NCBI GenBank assembly: GCA_964477305.1
Contig: CAYZFF010000001.1
Coordinates: forward strand, 7,442-71,441
Direction of reading: 5' to 3'
DNA: 64,000 nucleotides
Origin: an uncultured Cytophagia bacterium
Lineage (GTDB): Bacteria > Zhuqueibacterota > Zhuqueibacteria > Zhuqueibacterales > Zhuqueibacteraceae
Positions 26,901 through 35,800 of the stretch are shown here, piece after piece. Position numbers and translations under genes: made by a program. The notes beneath the pieces are model-generated. The model searched no databases. It was not told where the DNA came from and saw only the letters and a list, made by a program, of their open reading frames with translations. How positions within the stretch are numbered: position 1 is the stretch's first letter; every line of letters starts with the position of its first letter.

Positions 26901-27868
26901 GGGCGCTGGTGGCGCTCGAGTTAAAACCGGGTCTGGCGAAACTGCGGGTCAAAATTGTTGGCGACGGCACCGTGGGCGTTGTTCCGGCTGATTCAATTTT
27001 TGCTCCCGGCACGTTGGTGACCTTGCGTGCCACTGCCGGCGCCAGTTCGATCTTCGGCGGCTGGAGCGGCGACATGACCAGCACCGCCAATCCGCTGGCG
27101 TTCAACATCAGCGGCGAAAAGAATCTGATTGCGACGTTCATCGCCAAACCGGATCCGACCATCAACATTGCGAAGGGCAGCGCGGTTAAAACCTCCGGTT
27201 CTGATCCGGGCTTCTTGGTGGAAAACGTGGTCGATGCCAATAAAGACACCTACTGGCGCAGCGTGCCGCTGACGACCGCCGCCCCCACAGCGTGGATTCG
27301 GATCGATCTCGGCTCCGCGAAAACATTTGGCCGCTTCGTGATCAAATGGAAATCGAGCTATTTTGCCAAGACCTACGAAGTGCAAGTCTCCAACGACGAT
27401 TCCACCTGGACAACGGTGGCGAGCAGCACCTCCGGCAAAAAAGGCACGACGGATATTAAGTTCAAGCAGACGACCTCGCGGTACATTCGCTTGAACATGC
27501 TGAAATATTCTACCAGCACCTACCGCATTACCGATCTGGAAGCTTATTACGACGCTTCCGTGACCAAAGGCGTCGCCGAAGTGAGCGAGGCCGAAGAAAT
27601 CCCGACGGAAATTTTCCTCGCGCAAAATTATCCGAACCCGTTCAATCCCTCGACGGCGATAGAATATGGTTTGCCGCAGAGCAGCCGGGTGACGCTGAAA
27701 GTCTTCAACGTTGCCGGCCAGTTGGTGGCGACGTTGTTCGACGGTTATCAGGATGCAGGCCGACATGAGGTGATTTTCAACGCGGCGCGTTTGTCCAGCG
27801 GTACCTATTTTACGGTGCTGCAAGCCGGCTCCTTCAAACAGGTGCGCCGCCTCGTGTTGATGAAGTAA
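23942..27868 (+). CDS. giant secreted mosaic protein D: 3 unassigned modules + 5 B-repeats + F5/8 type C (discoidin) domain + T9SS-type CTD; no recognisable catalytic domain
   Basis: The signal peptide MNTLKSRKIAGLVASVAAFLLCAIGLSSAQ is followed directly by module copy 1. The discoidin-like region is about 27161..27550 (VENVVDANKDTYWRS...WIRIDLG...YEVQVSNDDSTW...SRYIRLNM). CTD NYPNPFNPSTAIEY. Confidence 0.8.
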   Translation: MNTLKSRKIAGLVASVAAFLLCAIGLSSAQIVHEETKFGASGPDPSVTTSASLTGVNGNLYLAAITTKPKLGVTSVSGLGLNWKPVKAQCSGRNSTNVQVWMAQGTPTGNGTVTATFADSAKNAILVVSRYSGVHASFPLGSVISGNTTGSNGACAGGVDNISYLFNLTTGSNGAYVYSAVVMRAKTNTPGPSFIERAELIKGTGGDVVSLAVQDKSVPVVTSTTIDGFFNSAVDWSLIGLEIRPANAVGGPTQYSLTTNAVGLGSVELTPAGGAYDFGTEVTLKAVPVTGFKFDGWSGDVSSTTNPVKITMNANKHVIATFSQVIPSYRLNVNTIGNGSVTLNPPGGTYKAGTVVTLTAKPAPSFVFNGWKGALTGLTSPRTITMNAHQNVTATFTGGAATGKVLHKETKFGVASKSLVVTTSENLAPANGQIYLAAISSKPKLGVVSVTGLGMTWVPVKVQCSGRNGNVIQVWMAQGTPTGAAPVSATFADTATNAIIVVSRYFGVHATKPLSNVISANTTGLDGDCSGGVDSNVYLMNTATTAAGSLIFSVTTMRSRMHTPGAGYAERAEAVFGIGGDVISVATSDKNFPTAGNAAVAGSFDGDTDWATVGIELRPAGATIVNAKYTVVATPDDSGTVNVNPVQPVGGYVAGSTVTLTATPMSGFKFTGWSGDIYNTANPVTMVMNANKVVSAKFVALPPTLYKLAVSTLGQGKVILDPPGGTYKAGTLVNMSVVPDSGFTFLGWGGDLSGTTTPTSILMSANKNVKATFKGSFTKGQIVNEETQVGTSSGASTITTLFPITAAPGDLYLAAITSKPRLNVMSVTGLGLTWTPVTTQCSGRNSGGVEIWMAQGTPTADDVVVASLISPATNAVMVVSRYSGVSTTSPIGTILAANTNGPAGICANGVDNAAYALNMNTTVNGALIFGAAIMRSKTHTAGLGFTEQVELAQGTGGNMVSLAVFDKHTTAPGPIIVDGKFNGSVDWALVALELKPGLAKLRVKIVGDGTVGVVPADSIFAPGTLVTLRATAGASSIFGGWSGDMTSTANPLAFNISGEKNLIATFIAKPDPTINIAKGSAVKTSGSDPGFLVENVVDANKDTYWRSVPLTTAAPTAWIRIDLGSAKTFGRFVIKWKSSYFAKTYEVQVSNDDSTWTTVASSTSGKKGTTDIKFKQTTSRYIRLNMLKYSTSTYRITDLEAYYDASVTKGVAEVSEAEEIPTEIFLAQNYPNPFNPSTAIEYGLPQSSRVTLKVFNVAGQLVATLFDGYQDAGRHEVIFNAARLSSGTYFTVLQAGSFKQVRRLVLMK
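24029..24676 (+). repeat. unassigned ~216-aa two-Cys module, copy D1
   Basis: QIVHEETKFG...LYLAAIT...QCSGRN...VSRYSG...GACAGGVDN...NTPGPSFIER...VDWSLIGLEIRP. Follows the signal peptide directly. Confidence 0.85.
25148..25798 (+). repeat. unassigned ~216-aa two-Cys module, copy D2
   Basis: GKVLHKETKFG...IYLAAIS...QCSGRN...VSRYFG...GDCSGGVDS...HTPGAGYAER...TDWATVGIELRP. Confidence 0.85.
26279..26929 (+). repeat. unassigned ~216-aa two-Cys module, copy D3
   Basis: GQIVNEETQVG...LYLAAIT...QCSGRN...VSRYSG...GICANGVDN...HTAGLGFTEQ...VDWALVALELKP. Confidence 0.85.
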
Positions 27869-27932
27869 GGTTTGAAGTTCAAGTTCAAATGTCCGGGGAC
27901 ATTTGACGCATGTTTGTGAAGAGTTGTTCTGA

Positions 27933-27967
27933 TTGACCGGCCGCCTCCCGCGGCCGGTCAATTTTTT
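27933..27967 (+). terminator. rho-independent terminator downstream of protein D gene
   Basis: Perfect 12-bp GC-rich stem TTGACCGGCCGC (27933..27944) / GCGGCCGGTCAA (27950..27961), 5-nt loop, then TTTTTT (27962..27967). It lies 65 nt after the stop at 27868. Confidence 0.85.
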
Positions 27968-28031
27968 CTAAGGGATAATTTTCGACGATCTCCTCTTGAT
28001 TTTTGATAACGACGCCTGGTAATGGATTGAG

Positions 28032-31000
28032 ATGATACGGAGCTTGAGCATGAGTGTGAGAAGAGGATTCTTCCCCCAAGATCGCGCTTTTAATATGAGG
28101 ACTCTGAAACACCGTAGTACAAATAAAATTTTGATCAAAATAATAACACACGCTGGTCAAGCCGTCCCTCGATATGCGGTTTGGCTTTTGTTTGCTATGG
28201 TTGGTTTGGCGCCGTTGGCCTGGGCCCAGTCCATACCGGTAACGGCCGGTTATCGCGATTTTAATTTCGGCCCCACGACGAACGCCGAGCCGACATTTGG
28301 CAAAACCGAGAGCAAGTTGTGGTGGAATGACGGCTCGTGGTGGGGCGTGCTGTGGAATGCTGCTGCAAATCGTTATGAAATTTATCGGCTGAACGCCGCA
28401 ACGCAAAGTTGGGTCGCCACCAATACGGCCGTTGACACGCGCAATGGCTCGCGGCCGGACGTGTTGTGGGACGGACAGCGGCTTTATGTGGCCTCGCATT
28501 TTTATACAACCAGTCCCGGCCCAACCACGGCGACGTATTTTAGCAAGCTCTATCGCTACAGCTACAATCTGACAACGAAACAATATAGCGGCGATCCTGG
28601 TTTTCCGGTGAATATCAACAGTTCGAAATCCGAAACGTTGACCATCGATAAAGACACCACCGGCAAATTGTGGATTACGTGGATGGAGAAGAACAAAATC
28701 ATGATTAACCGCACCGTGGGCAGCGACCTGACGTGGGGCGCGCCGTTCGTTTTGCCGGTGCAAGGTGCTGACACGGATCCCGACGATATCTCCGGTCTCG
28801 TATCGTTTGGCGGCAACAAAATCGGCGTCATGTGGTCGAACCAAAAGGACTCAACGATTTATTTTGCCGTGCACGCCGACGGCGCCGCCGATCAAACCTG
28901 GAAGCCGCGCGAGATTGCTCTTTCCGGCCTCGGTCTGGGCCGCGTCGCCGAAGATCATTTTTGTTTGAAGCCGGCGCGCGACAACAGCGGCAATCTGTTC
29001 GCGGTGACGCAAACCAATCTCTCCGGCTCGTCCGCCACCAGTATTTTTGTGTTAAAACGCAGTACCCTCGGCGCGTGGACGCGGCATGTTTTTTCCACTG
29101 GCGGTTTTAATCACTCGCGTCCGCAACTTGTGGTCGACAGCGAGAATAAACGTTTGCATGTGTTTGCGCGCAGTAACGACACCGGCCCCGCGAACATTTA
29201 TTTAAAAAGCGTGAGCCTGGAGGATTTGGTTTTTCCCTCCGGCCTCGGCACCCCGGTGATTCAAAGCGTGGCGGACGTCAATCTCACGAACCCCGCCGCC
29301 ACCAAGCAAAACGTTAACCGCACCACCGGCTTGTTAATCTTGGCGGCAGACAAAGACAGCCGGTATTATTTGCACGGCAAGGTCGATTTGAGCAGTTCGC
29401 CGCAAATTACCGCTTTTTCTCCGGCCCAAGGGGTGATCGGCACGCAAGTGACCATGATCGGCATGAATTTCACCGGCGTCTCAGCCGTAAAATTTAACGG
29501 CATTCCCGCGACGTTTACTGTGCTTTCGGGCACGCAGTTGCGCACGACGGTTCCGGCGGGCGCGACCACGGGAACGATCAGCCTGACCAATTCCACCGGT
29601 AGCGGCGCGACCTTGACGAATTTTGTCATACAGCGCGCGCTCAAAGTTTCCACGCTTGGCTCCGGTAATGTCACCGTGAATCCGCCGGGTGGCGTTTATA
29701 ATGAAGGGCTTGCCGTCACCTTAACGGCAGTGCCGGCTGCTGGTTGGTTTTTTCATGATTGGAACGGCCATCTCGACGGGACCAATGCCACCGCCACCAT
29801 TACGATGAATACGGATAAAAACATCACCGCCGAGTTTCGTGAGATTGGAAAATTTACGGTCACGGTAAATGTCAACGGCGCCGGTAGCATCACACTGAGT
29901 CCGCCGGGCGGTTTGTATTTCAACGGGACGATGGTGACCTTGGTCGCCACCCCGGCGCCGGGATATGTGTTTAGCGGCTATTCCGGCGGATTCAAAGGCT
30001 GGAAAAGCATCGAGACGTTGGCGGTGAACGGCAACAAGATTTTGACGGCTACATTTTCGCCGCAACCGGTGCCGCGTTTTGCCGCCGGGATTTGGACGAG
30101 CGCAACGGAAATCAGCAAACTGCCGGCAACCGGATTGGCGTGGAATAATTTGAAAGCTGGGGCCGACGAACCAATTGGCAAGCCGAATCTTGCAGACCTT
30201 GAAGACTCCGTGAACGTGGCGATTCTGGCGAAGGCCCTGGTTTATGCGCGCACCGGCAATGAAATTTACCGGCAGGCGGTGATCGCGGCATGCATGCAGG
30301 CTATCGGCACCGAAGGCACGGAAACCCTCGCGCTGGGCCGCGAGTTGCTCGCGTATGTGCTCGCGGCGGATCTGGTGAAATTACCGGCCAGCGACGATGC
30401 GACGTTCCGCACCTGGCTGCGTCTCTTGCTGGCTAAAAATATCGGCTCGCAATCGTTGCGCACCTCGAACGAGAGCCGTCCGAATAACTGGGGCATGCAT
30501 TGCGGCGCCACCCGCGCGGCGATTGCGCGTTATCTTGGCGACGCGACGGAACTCGAACGCACGGCGCGTGTTTTTAAGGGCTGGCTCGGCGATCGCAACA
30601 CGTATGCGGATTTTTCCTACAGCCTCAACGAGTTGTGGTGGCAATCCAATCCCGCCGCGCCGGTTGGCATCAATCCAGTGGGCGCGATGATTCAGGGCCA
30701 TTTGGTTGATGGCGTGTTGCCGGATGATCAACGCCGGGCCGGGCCGTTTACCTGGCCGCCGGTGCCGGAGAATTATGTGTACGGCGCGTTGCAGGGCGCG
30801 TTGATGCAAGCAACGATTCTCTATCGCGCCGGTTATGACGTGTGGAACTGGGAAAATCAAGCGCTGCGGCGCGCCATGCAATGGTTATATCAAGAAGCGG
30901 ATTACCCGGCGGACGGCGACGATGAATGGCTGCCGCATATCGTTAATCATTTTTATGGCGCTGCTTTTCCAGCGCCGATGCCGGCGCCACCGGGAAAAAA

Positions 31001-32651
31001 TGCCGGCTGGACGGATTGGCTTTATGGTTCGAAGTATGCGCTGACGAAAACCGATAACAACGGTGATATCGAAATTCAAGCGCTCGGTTTCAATAAAGAC
31101 AGTTTGGCCGTGATCAAATTGACCGCGATTTCCTTTGCGGATTACTCGTTTAGCGGTTGGAGCGGCAGTTTAAGCGGCACAAAAAATCCTGATACGCTGG
31201 TGATGAACGCCAATAAAAATGTAATCGCCAATTTTGTGAAGAGTGGCAATTTTACGCTAACAGTTACGCCGATAGGCTCGGGTACAGTCACACTAAATCC
31301 GCCGGGCGGTGTTTATGTCGGCGGCACCACCGTCATGTTGACGGCGAAACCCGCGGCGGGATTCAAATTTACCGGTTGGAGCAATGGCTTGAGTGGCGCA
31401 ACCAATCCGGCCAGTTTGACCATCAACGCCAATAAAAATATTACCGCGACGTTCAAGCCAATTTATAGTTTGAATGTGGAGGTGGCTGGCGCCGGAAAAG
31501 TGACGCTCTTTCCGTCATCCGGCCTTTATGAAAACGGCACGGTGGTGACTTTGATTGCAACGCCGGATAGCGGCCAGCAGTTTTTAGGTTGGAGTGGCGA
31601 TTTAAGCGGCACCGCCAATCCGTTGGCGTTTGTGATGAATGCCAACAAGAATGCGACCGCCAATTTTACGGCGGTGCGTGTGGTGCATGAAGAAACGCAA
31701 ACCGGCGGCTCGAGTTTTGGGTCAACCGTCGCGACGGCAGCAAGCCTCAGTGGCGGAGCCAATTATCTTTATTTGGCTGCCATCACCACGCGGCCGAAGA
31801 TTAAAGTAAATGCAGTGGCAGGCCTCGGATTAAACTGGAAACAAGTGAAAGCGCAATGCTCCGGACGCAATAATCTCGGCGTTGAATTGTGGATGGCGCA
31901 AGGCATACCGGCTGCGGCCGGCGCGGTAACGGCCACACTTGCCTCAACCGCGACCAATGCGGTCATCGCGGTGTCGCGCTATTCCGGCGCTTCGACGGTG
32001 ACTCCGCTGAGTACGGCAATTGCCGGTAATAATAAAGGCGTGAATGGAACTTGCACCGGTGGCATTGATAATGCTTCCTATTCGTTTAATCTGACCACCA
32101 CCGATGCGGGTGAAACCGTTTTCGGCGTCGCCGGCCTGCGCAATAAAACCCACACGCCGGCGGTAGGCTCGACCGAACGCGCAGAAATCAAGCAGGGAAC
32201 GAATAGCAATGTCGCGGCGATGGCGGTGACCGACAAAATCGTTCCGCTGGCGAGTGCGACCACGGTTAGCGGCGCTTTTAGCGGCGCGACGGATTGGGCC
32301 GTCATTGCAGTTGCCATCAAACCGTTGGCAGCGAGTCTCTCCATCGGTGCCGAATTGACCAAAGCCCGCGTGAATTCCACTGCGCCGAAAGATTTAACGT
32401 TGTTACAAAATTATCCGAATCCGTTTAATCCGACGACAGTCATTGCTTACTCTTTGCCGCAGGAAATGCGCGTGACGCTCAACGTTTATAACCTCACGGG
32501 ACAGTTGGTTGCCACGCTGGTTGAAGGTTCGCAACCAGCCGGCCAGCATGAAGTGATCTTTGACGCGGCCACATTGCCGAGCGGAAATTATTTTACGGTT
32601 TTGCAAGCAGGGGAGACGAAGTTGGTGCGACGAATCGTGTTGATGAGATAA
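28032..32651 (+). CDS. giant secreted mosaic protein E (paralogue of C): WWNDGxWWG N-domain + 1 IPT/TIG + 2 B-repeats + alginate-lyase-like domain + 3 B-repeats + 1 unassigned module + T9SS-type CTD
   Basis: Collinear with protein C. The lyase-like domain is 30078..31028 (GIWTSATEISKLP...RPNNWGMHCGATRAA...NAGWTDWLYG). Module at 31677. The start is uncertain: in-frame Met codons at 28032, 28050 and 28095 precede the signal-like AVWLLFAMVGLAPLAWAQ. Confidence 0.8.
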   Translation: MIRSLSMSVRRGFFPQDRAFNMRTLKHRSTNKILIKIITHAGQAVPRYAVWLLFAMVGLAPLAWAQSIPVTAGYRDFNFGPTTNAEPTFGKTESKLWWNDGSWWGVLWNAAANRYEIYRLNAATQSWVATNTAVDTRNGSRPDVLWDGQRLYVASHFYTTSPGPTTATYFSKLYRYSYNLTTKQYSGDPGFPVNINSSKSETLTIDKDTTGKLWITWMEKNKIMINRTVGSDLTWGAPFVLPVQGADTDPDDISGLVSFGGNKIGVMWSNQKDSTIYFAVHADGAADQTWKPREIALSGLGLGRVAEDHFCLKPARDNSGNLFAVTQTNLSGSSATSIFVLKRSTLGAWTRHVFSTGGFNHSRPQLVVDSENKRLHVFARSNDTGPANIYLKSVSLEDLVFPSGLGTPVIQSVADVNLTNPAATKQNVNRTTGLLILAADKDSRYYLHGKVDLSSSPQITAFSPAQGVIGTQVTMIGMNFTGVSAVKFNGIPATFTVLSGTQLRTTVPAGATTGTISLTNSTGSGATLTNFVIQRALKVSTLGSGNVTVNPPGGVYNEGLAVTLTAVPAAGWFFHDWNGHLDGTNATATITMNTDKNITAEFREIGKFTVTVNVNGAGSITLSPPGGLYFNGTMVTLVATPAPGYVFSGYSGGFKGWKSIETLAVNGNKILTATFSPQPVPRFAAGIWTSATEISKLPATGLAWNNLKAGADEPIGKPNLADLEDSVNVAILAKALVYARTGNEIYRQAVIAACMQAIGTEGTETLALGRELLAYVLAADLVKLPASDDATFRTWLRLLLAKNIGSQSLRTSNESRPNNWGMHCGATRAAIARYLGDATELERTARVFKGWLGDRNTYADFSYSLNELWWQSNPAAPVGINPVGAMIQGHLVDGVLPDDQRRAGPFTWPPVPENYVYGALQGALMQATILYRAGYDVWNWENQALRRAMQWLYQEADYPADGDDEWLPHIVNHFYGAAFPAPMPAPPGKNAGWTDWLYGSKYALTKTDNNGDIEIQALGFNKDSLAVIKLTAISFADYSFSGWSGSLSGTKNPDTLVMNANKNVIANFVKSGNFTLTVTPIGSGTVTLNPPGGVYVGGTTVMLTAKPAAGFKFTGWSNGLSGATNPASLTINANKNITATFKPIYSLNVEVAGAGKVTLFPSSGLYENGTVVTLIATPDSGQQFLGWSGDLSGTANPLAFVMNANKNATANFTAVRVVHEETQTGGSSFGSTVATAASLSGGANYLYLAAITTRPKIKVNAVAGLGLNWKQVKAQCSGRNNLGVELWMAQGIPAAAGAVTATLASTATNAVIAVSRYSGASTVTPLSTAIAGNNKGVNGTCTGGIDNASYSFNLTTTDAGETVFGVAGLRNKTHTPAVGSTERAEIKQGTNSNVAAMAVTDKIVPLASATTVSGAFSGATDWAVIAVAIKPLAASLSIGAELTKARVNSTAPKDLTLLQNYPNPFNPTTVIAYSLPQEMRVTLNVYNLTGQLVATLVEGSQPAGQHEVIFDAATLPSGNYFTVLQAGETKLVRRIVLMR
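31677..32324 (+). repeat. unassigned ~216-aa two-Cys module, copy E1
   Basis: RVVHEETQTGGSS...LYLAAIT...QCSGRN...VSRYSG...GTCTGGIDN...HTPAVGSTER...TDWAVIAVAIKP. Confidence 0.85.
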
Positions 32652-32819
32652 GGTCCGAGGCCAGTGGCCCCGAAGTCGAAACGGAGTGTCAAGCTTCAGT
32701 CTGACGCTGATTAGCGGCGCATGAACGGATGGAAAACAGGGATTAAGCTCTGAACAAGTGGGCGGAAATGAGCGCAAAAAATATAAAGGGACTTTGTAGA
32801 ATTAACGGTGAGAAGATTT

Positions 32820-35800
32820 ATGAATAATTTAGGACGAAGATTTCGAGCCATGAGGGCAGCTTTAGTTTTAGGAATATTGGAGCGTGTTCAATCAAATCGA
32901 TGCCCCCAAAATAAAAAAATTTCCTTGACGCGATCTTTTCATTTCTGCGCCTTCGCGTGCTGGCTTGCTTTGGGTGCATCGGCATGGGCGCAAGGCCAAC
33001 AGATTATTTTTTCCGCCACCGGCGACGTGCCGTATAATTCCACCGAGACCGCAACGTTTCAACAACAGCTCACCAATCATAATAAATACAGTCCGTCAGC
33101 CTTTTTTGTGCACCTCGGTGATGTTTTTCTCGGCGGCGAGCCGTGTGATAGCGCGCATTATGCGCCCATCGCCAATATGATGAAAAGCCTCGCCGTTCCG
33201 GTTTACACCATTCCGGGAGACAACGAAACCATTGATTGCGATACCGCGGCCGTGGGGCTAATGCGGTGGAAACAGTATTTTATTAACTACGAACAAAATT
33301 TTTGCGGCGCGACGCCGACCGTCCACCAAGCGGCGCGCCCGGAAAATTGGGCTTTCCTCAAAGACGGTGTGCTGTTCGTCGGCATCAACATGGTCGGCGG
33401 CAGCAGTCCGTATCAACTGGACGCCGATTGGATTGCCGAGCAGTTGGCAACGCATGGAACACAAGTCCGCGCCGCAGTGATTTTGTCACATATCGGACCG
33501 GACAAGAGCACGACGTTTTCCACACCGTTTCGCCAGGCCGCCGCGGCGTTTGGCAAGCCGGTGCTGTTTCTACATGGACACGGCCACGCGTGGAGTACGG
33601 GCTATCCTTTTCCCGAGCCGAATATTTTTCGCGTGCAAGTTGAAAACGGCTCGGCTGAAGATCCCGTCGAAGTCACCGTCACGATGGATGTAACCTCGCC
33701 GGCCACCGCGTTTGTTTTAAAACGCAATCCGTGGACGAGCCAAACAATCGTCAATATGCCGCCGTGCGTGGATGCCGGGCCGGATCAAACGATTATTTTT
33801 CCGCAAAGCGCAACGTTGACCGGCGGCGCGAGCGATGACGGCGACCCTATTTCACCGGGAACGCTCACGACGGTGTGGAGCAAAATCAGTGGGCCGGGCA
33901 CGGTGAATTTTGCCAATGCGAATGCGCTCAACACCACGGCGAGTTTCGGCAGCATCGGCATTTATGTTTTGCGTTTGACCGCCGATGACGGCGTTTTGCA
34001 AACGAATGATGAGGTGACTATCGAAGCGAGCGATGGCGTGCCGATCATCACCTCATTCAGTCCCATCGAAGGCGCTGCTGGAACTGAAGTCACGCTGACC
34101 GGAAATTATTTTAGCGGCGCGACGAGTGTCACCTTCAACAATTTAGGCGCGGCGAGTTTTGTGGTGGATAATGCCACCCAAATTCGCGCCACGGTTCCGG
34201 TTGGCGTCACAACTGGCAAAATTCGTATCACCAACACCAATGGGACCGGCGTTAGCGCGACGGATTTTACCGCGCGCTATGCTTTGGCGTTGAGCACGTT
34301 CGGGTTCGGCGACGTCACACTCAATCCAGCCGGCGGTATTTATGAGGCGGGAACCGTGGTTACTTTGACCGCAACACCGGCGCTCGGTTTTCAATTCTCC
34401 GGTTGGAGCGGCAATTTGAGCGGCTCCAGCAACCCTGCAATGCTGACGATGAACGCGGATAAAAACGTCACCGCAATTTTTACCTCCACGAGTCCGATTG
34501 GGCAAATCACGCACGAAGAAACACGCACCGGCGGTTCCTCAAGTTCGACGACTGTGAAAACTTCGACGGCGCTGACCGCCGTTGGCGGCCAACTTTATCT
34601 TGCGGCGATTTCGACGCGGCCCAAAGTGAGCGTGACTTCTGTCTCCGGGCTTGGCCTGTCGTGGACATTGGTGAAAGCGCAATGCTCCGGACGCAACGCC
34701 ACGAGCATTGAGGTTTGGAAAGCCTTCGGCACGCCGTCGGGCAACGATACGGTGCGCGCCACGCTGGCGAGCGCGCCGAACAATGCAGCCCTTGCCGTCT
34801 CGCGCTATTCCGGCGTTGAAAGTGTGGCGCCGATCGGCAATTTTATTTCCGGCAACACGATAGGTTTGAACGGCGCGTGTTCCGGCGGCGTCGATACGAG
34901 TTTTTATTCTTTTAATTTGACGACGACGGCCAATAACGCGATGATTTACGGCGCTGCCGCGATGCGCGCCAAAACCCATGCGCCGGGCGCTGGTTACACC
35001 GAGCGCGCGGAAATATTGCAGGGTGGCGTGAGCAACACCGCCGCCTCGGTGGCGATTGAAGATCAAACTTTCGCGACGGCAGGAACAAACATCATCAATG
35101 GCACCCTCAGCAGCAATGTCGATTGGGCCGTGGTCGCGTTGGAAATGCGGCCGCAACTCACTTTGACTTTAAACACCACTGGCTCCGGCAGTATCACGCT
35201 CAGTCCGCCGGGCGGCGAATACAATCCGGGCACGGTGGTGACTTTGACTGCAACGCCGGCGACGGGCTTTGAGTTTAGCGGTTGGAGCGGCGATTTGAGC
35301 GGATCGAATAATCCCGTTACGCTAACGATGAGCAGCAACAAAATTGTAACAGCGATTTTTACGCCGCAATTAACGCTCACGACCAACACTATTGGCTCAG
35401 GCACGTTAACGCTGAATCCGGCTGGCGGTATTTATAACAGCGGCGTGGTGGTGAGATTAACCGCAACACCCGCGATGGGATTTCAATTTAGCGGCTGGAG
35501 CGGCGATTTGAGCGGCGCGGCCAATCCGGATTCATTAACAATGAACGAAAATAAAACGGTGACGGCAACATTCATCGCATTGCCGCCGCCACAATATAAT
35601 TTGACCGTGAATAAAATCGGCTCGGGCACGGTGACACTCGATCCGGCCGGCGGCGTTTATAATGAGAATACCAAAGTGCGCTTGACGGCAACGCCGGCAC
35701 AGGATTATGAGTTCACCGGCTGGAGCGGCGATCTGAGCAGCGCCTCGCCGCTGGATTCGCTAACAATGAATGCGAATAAAACCGTCACGGCAACATTTAC

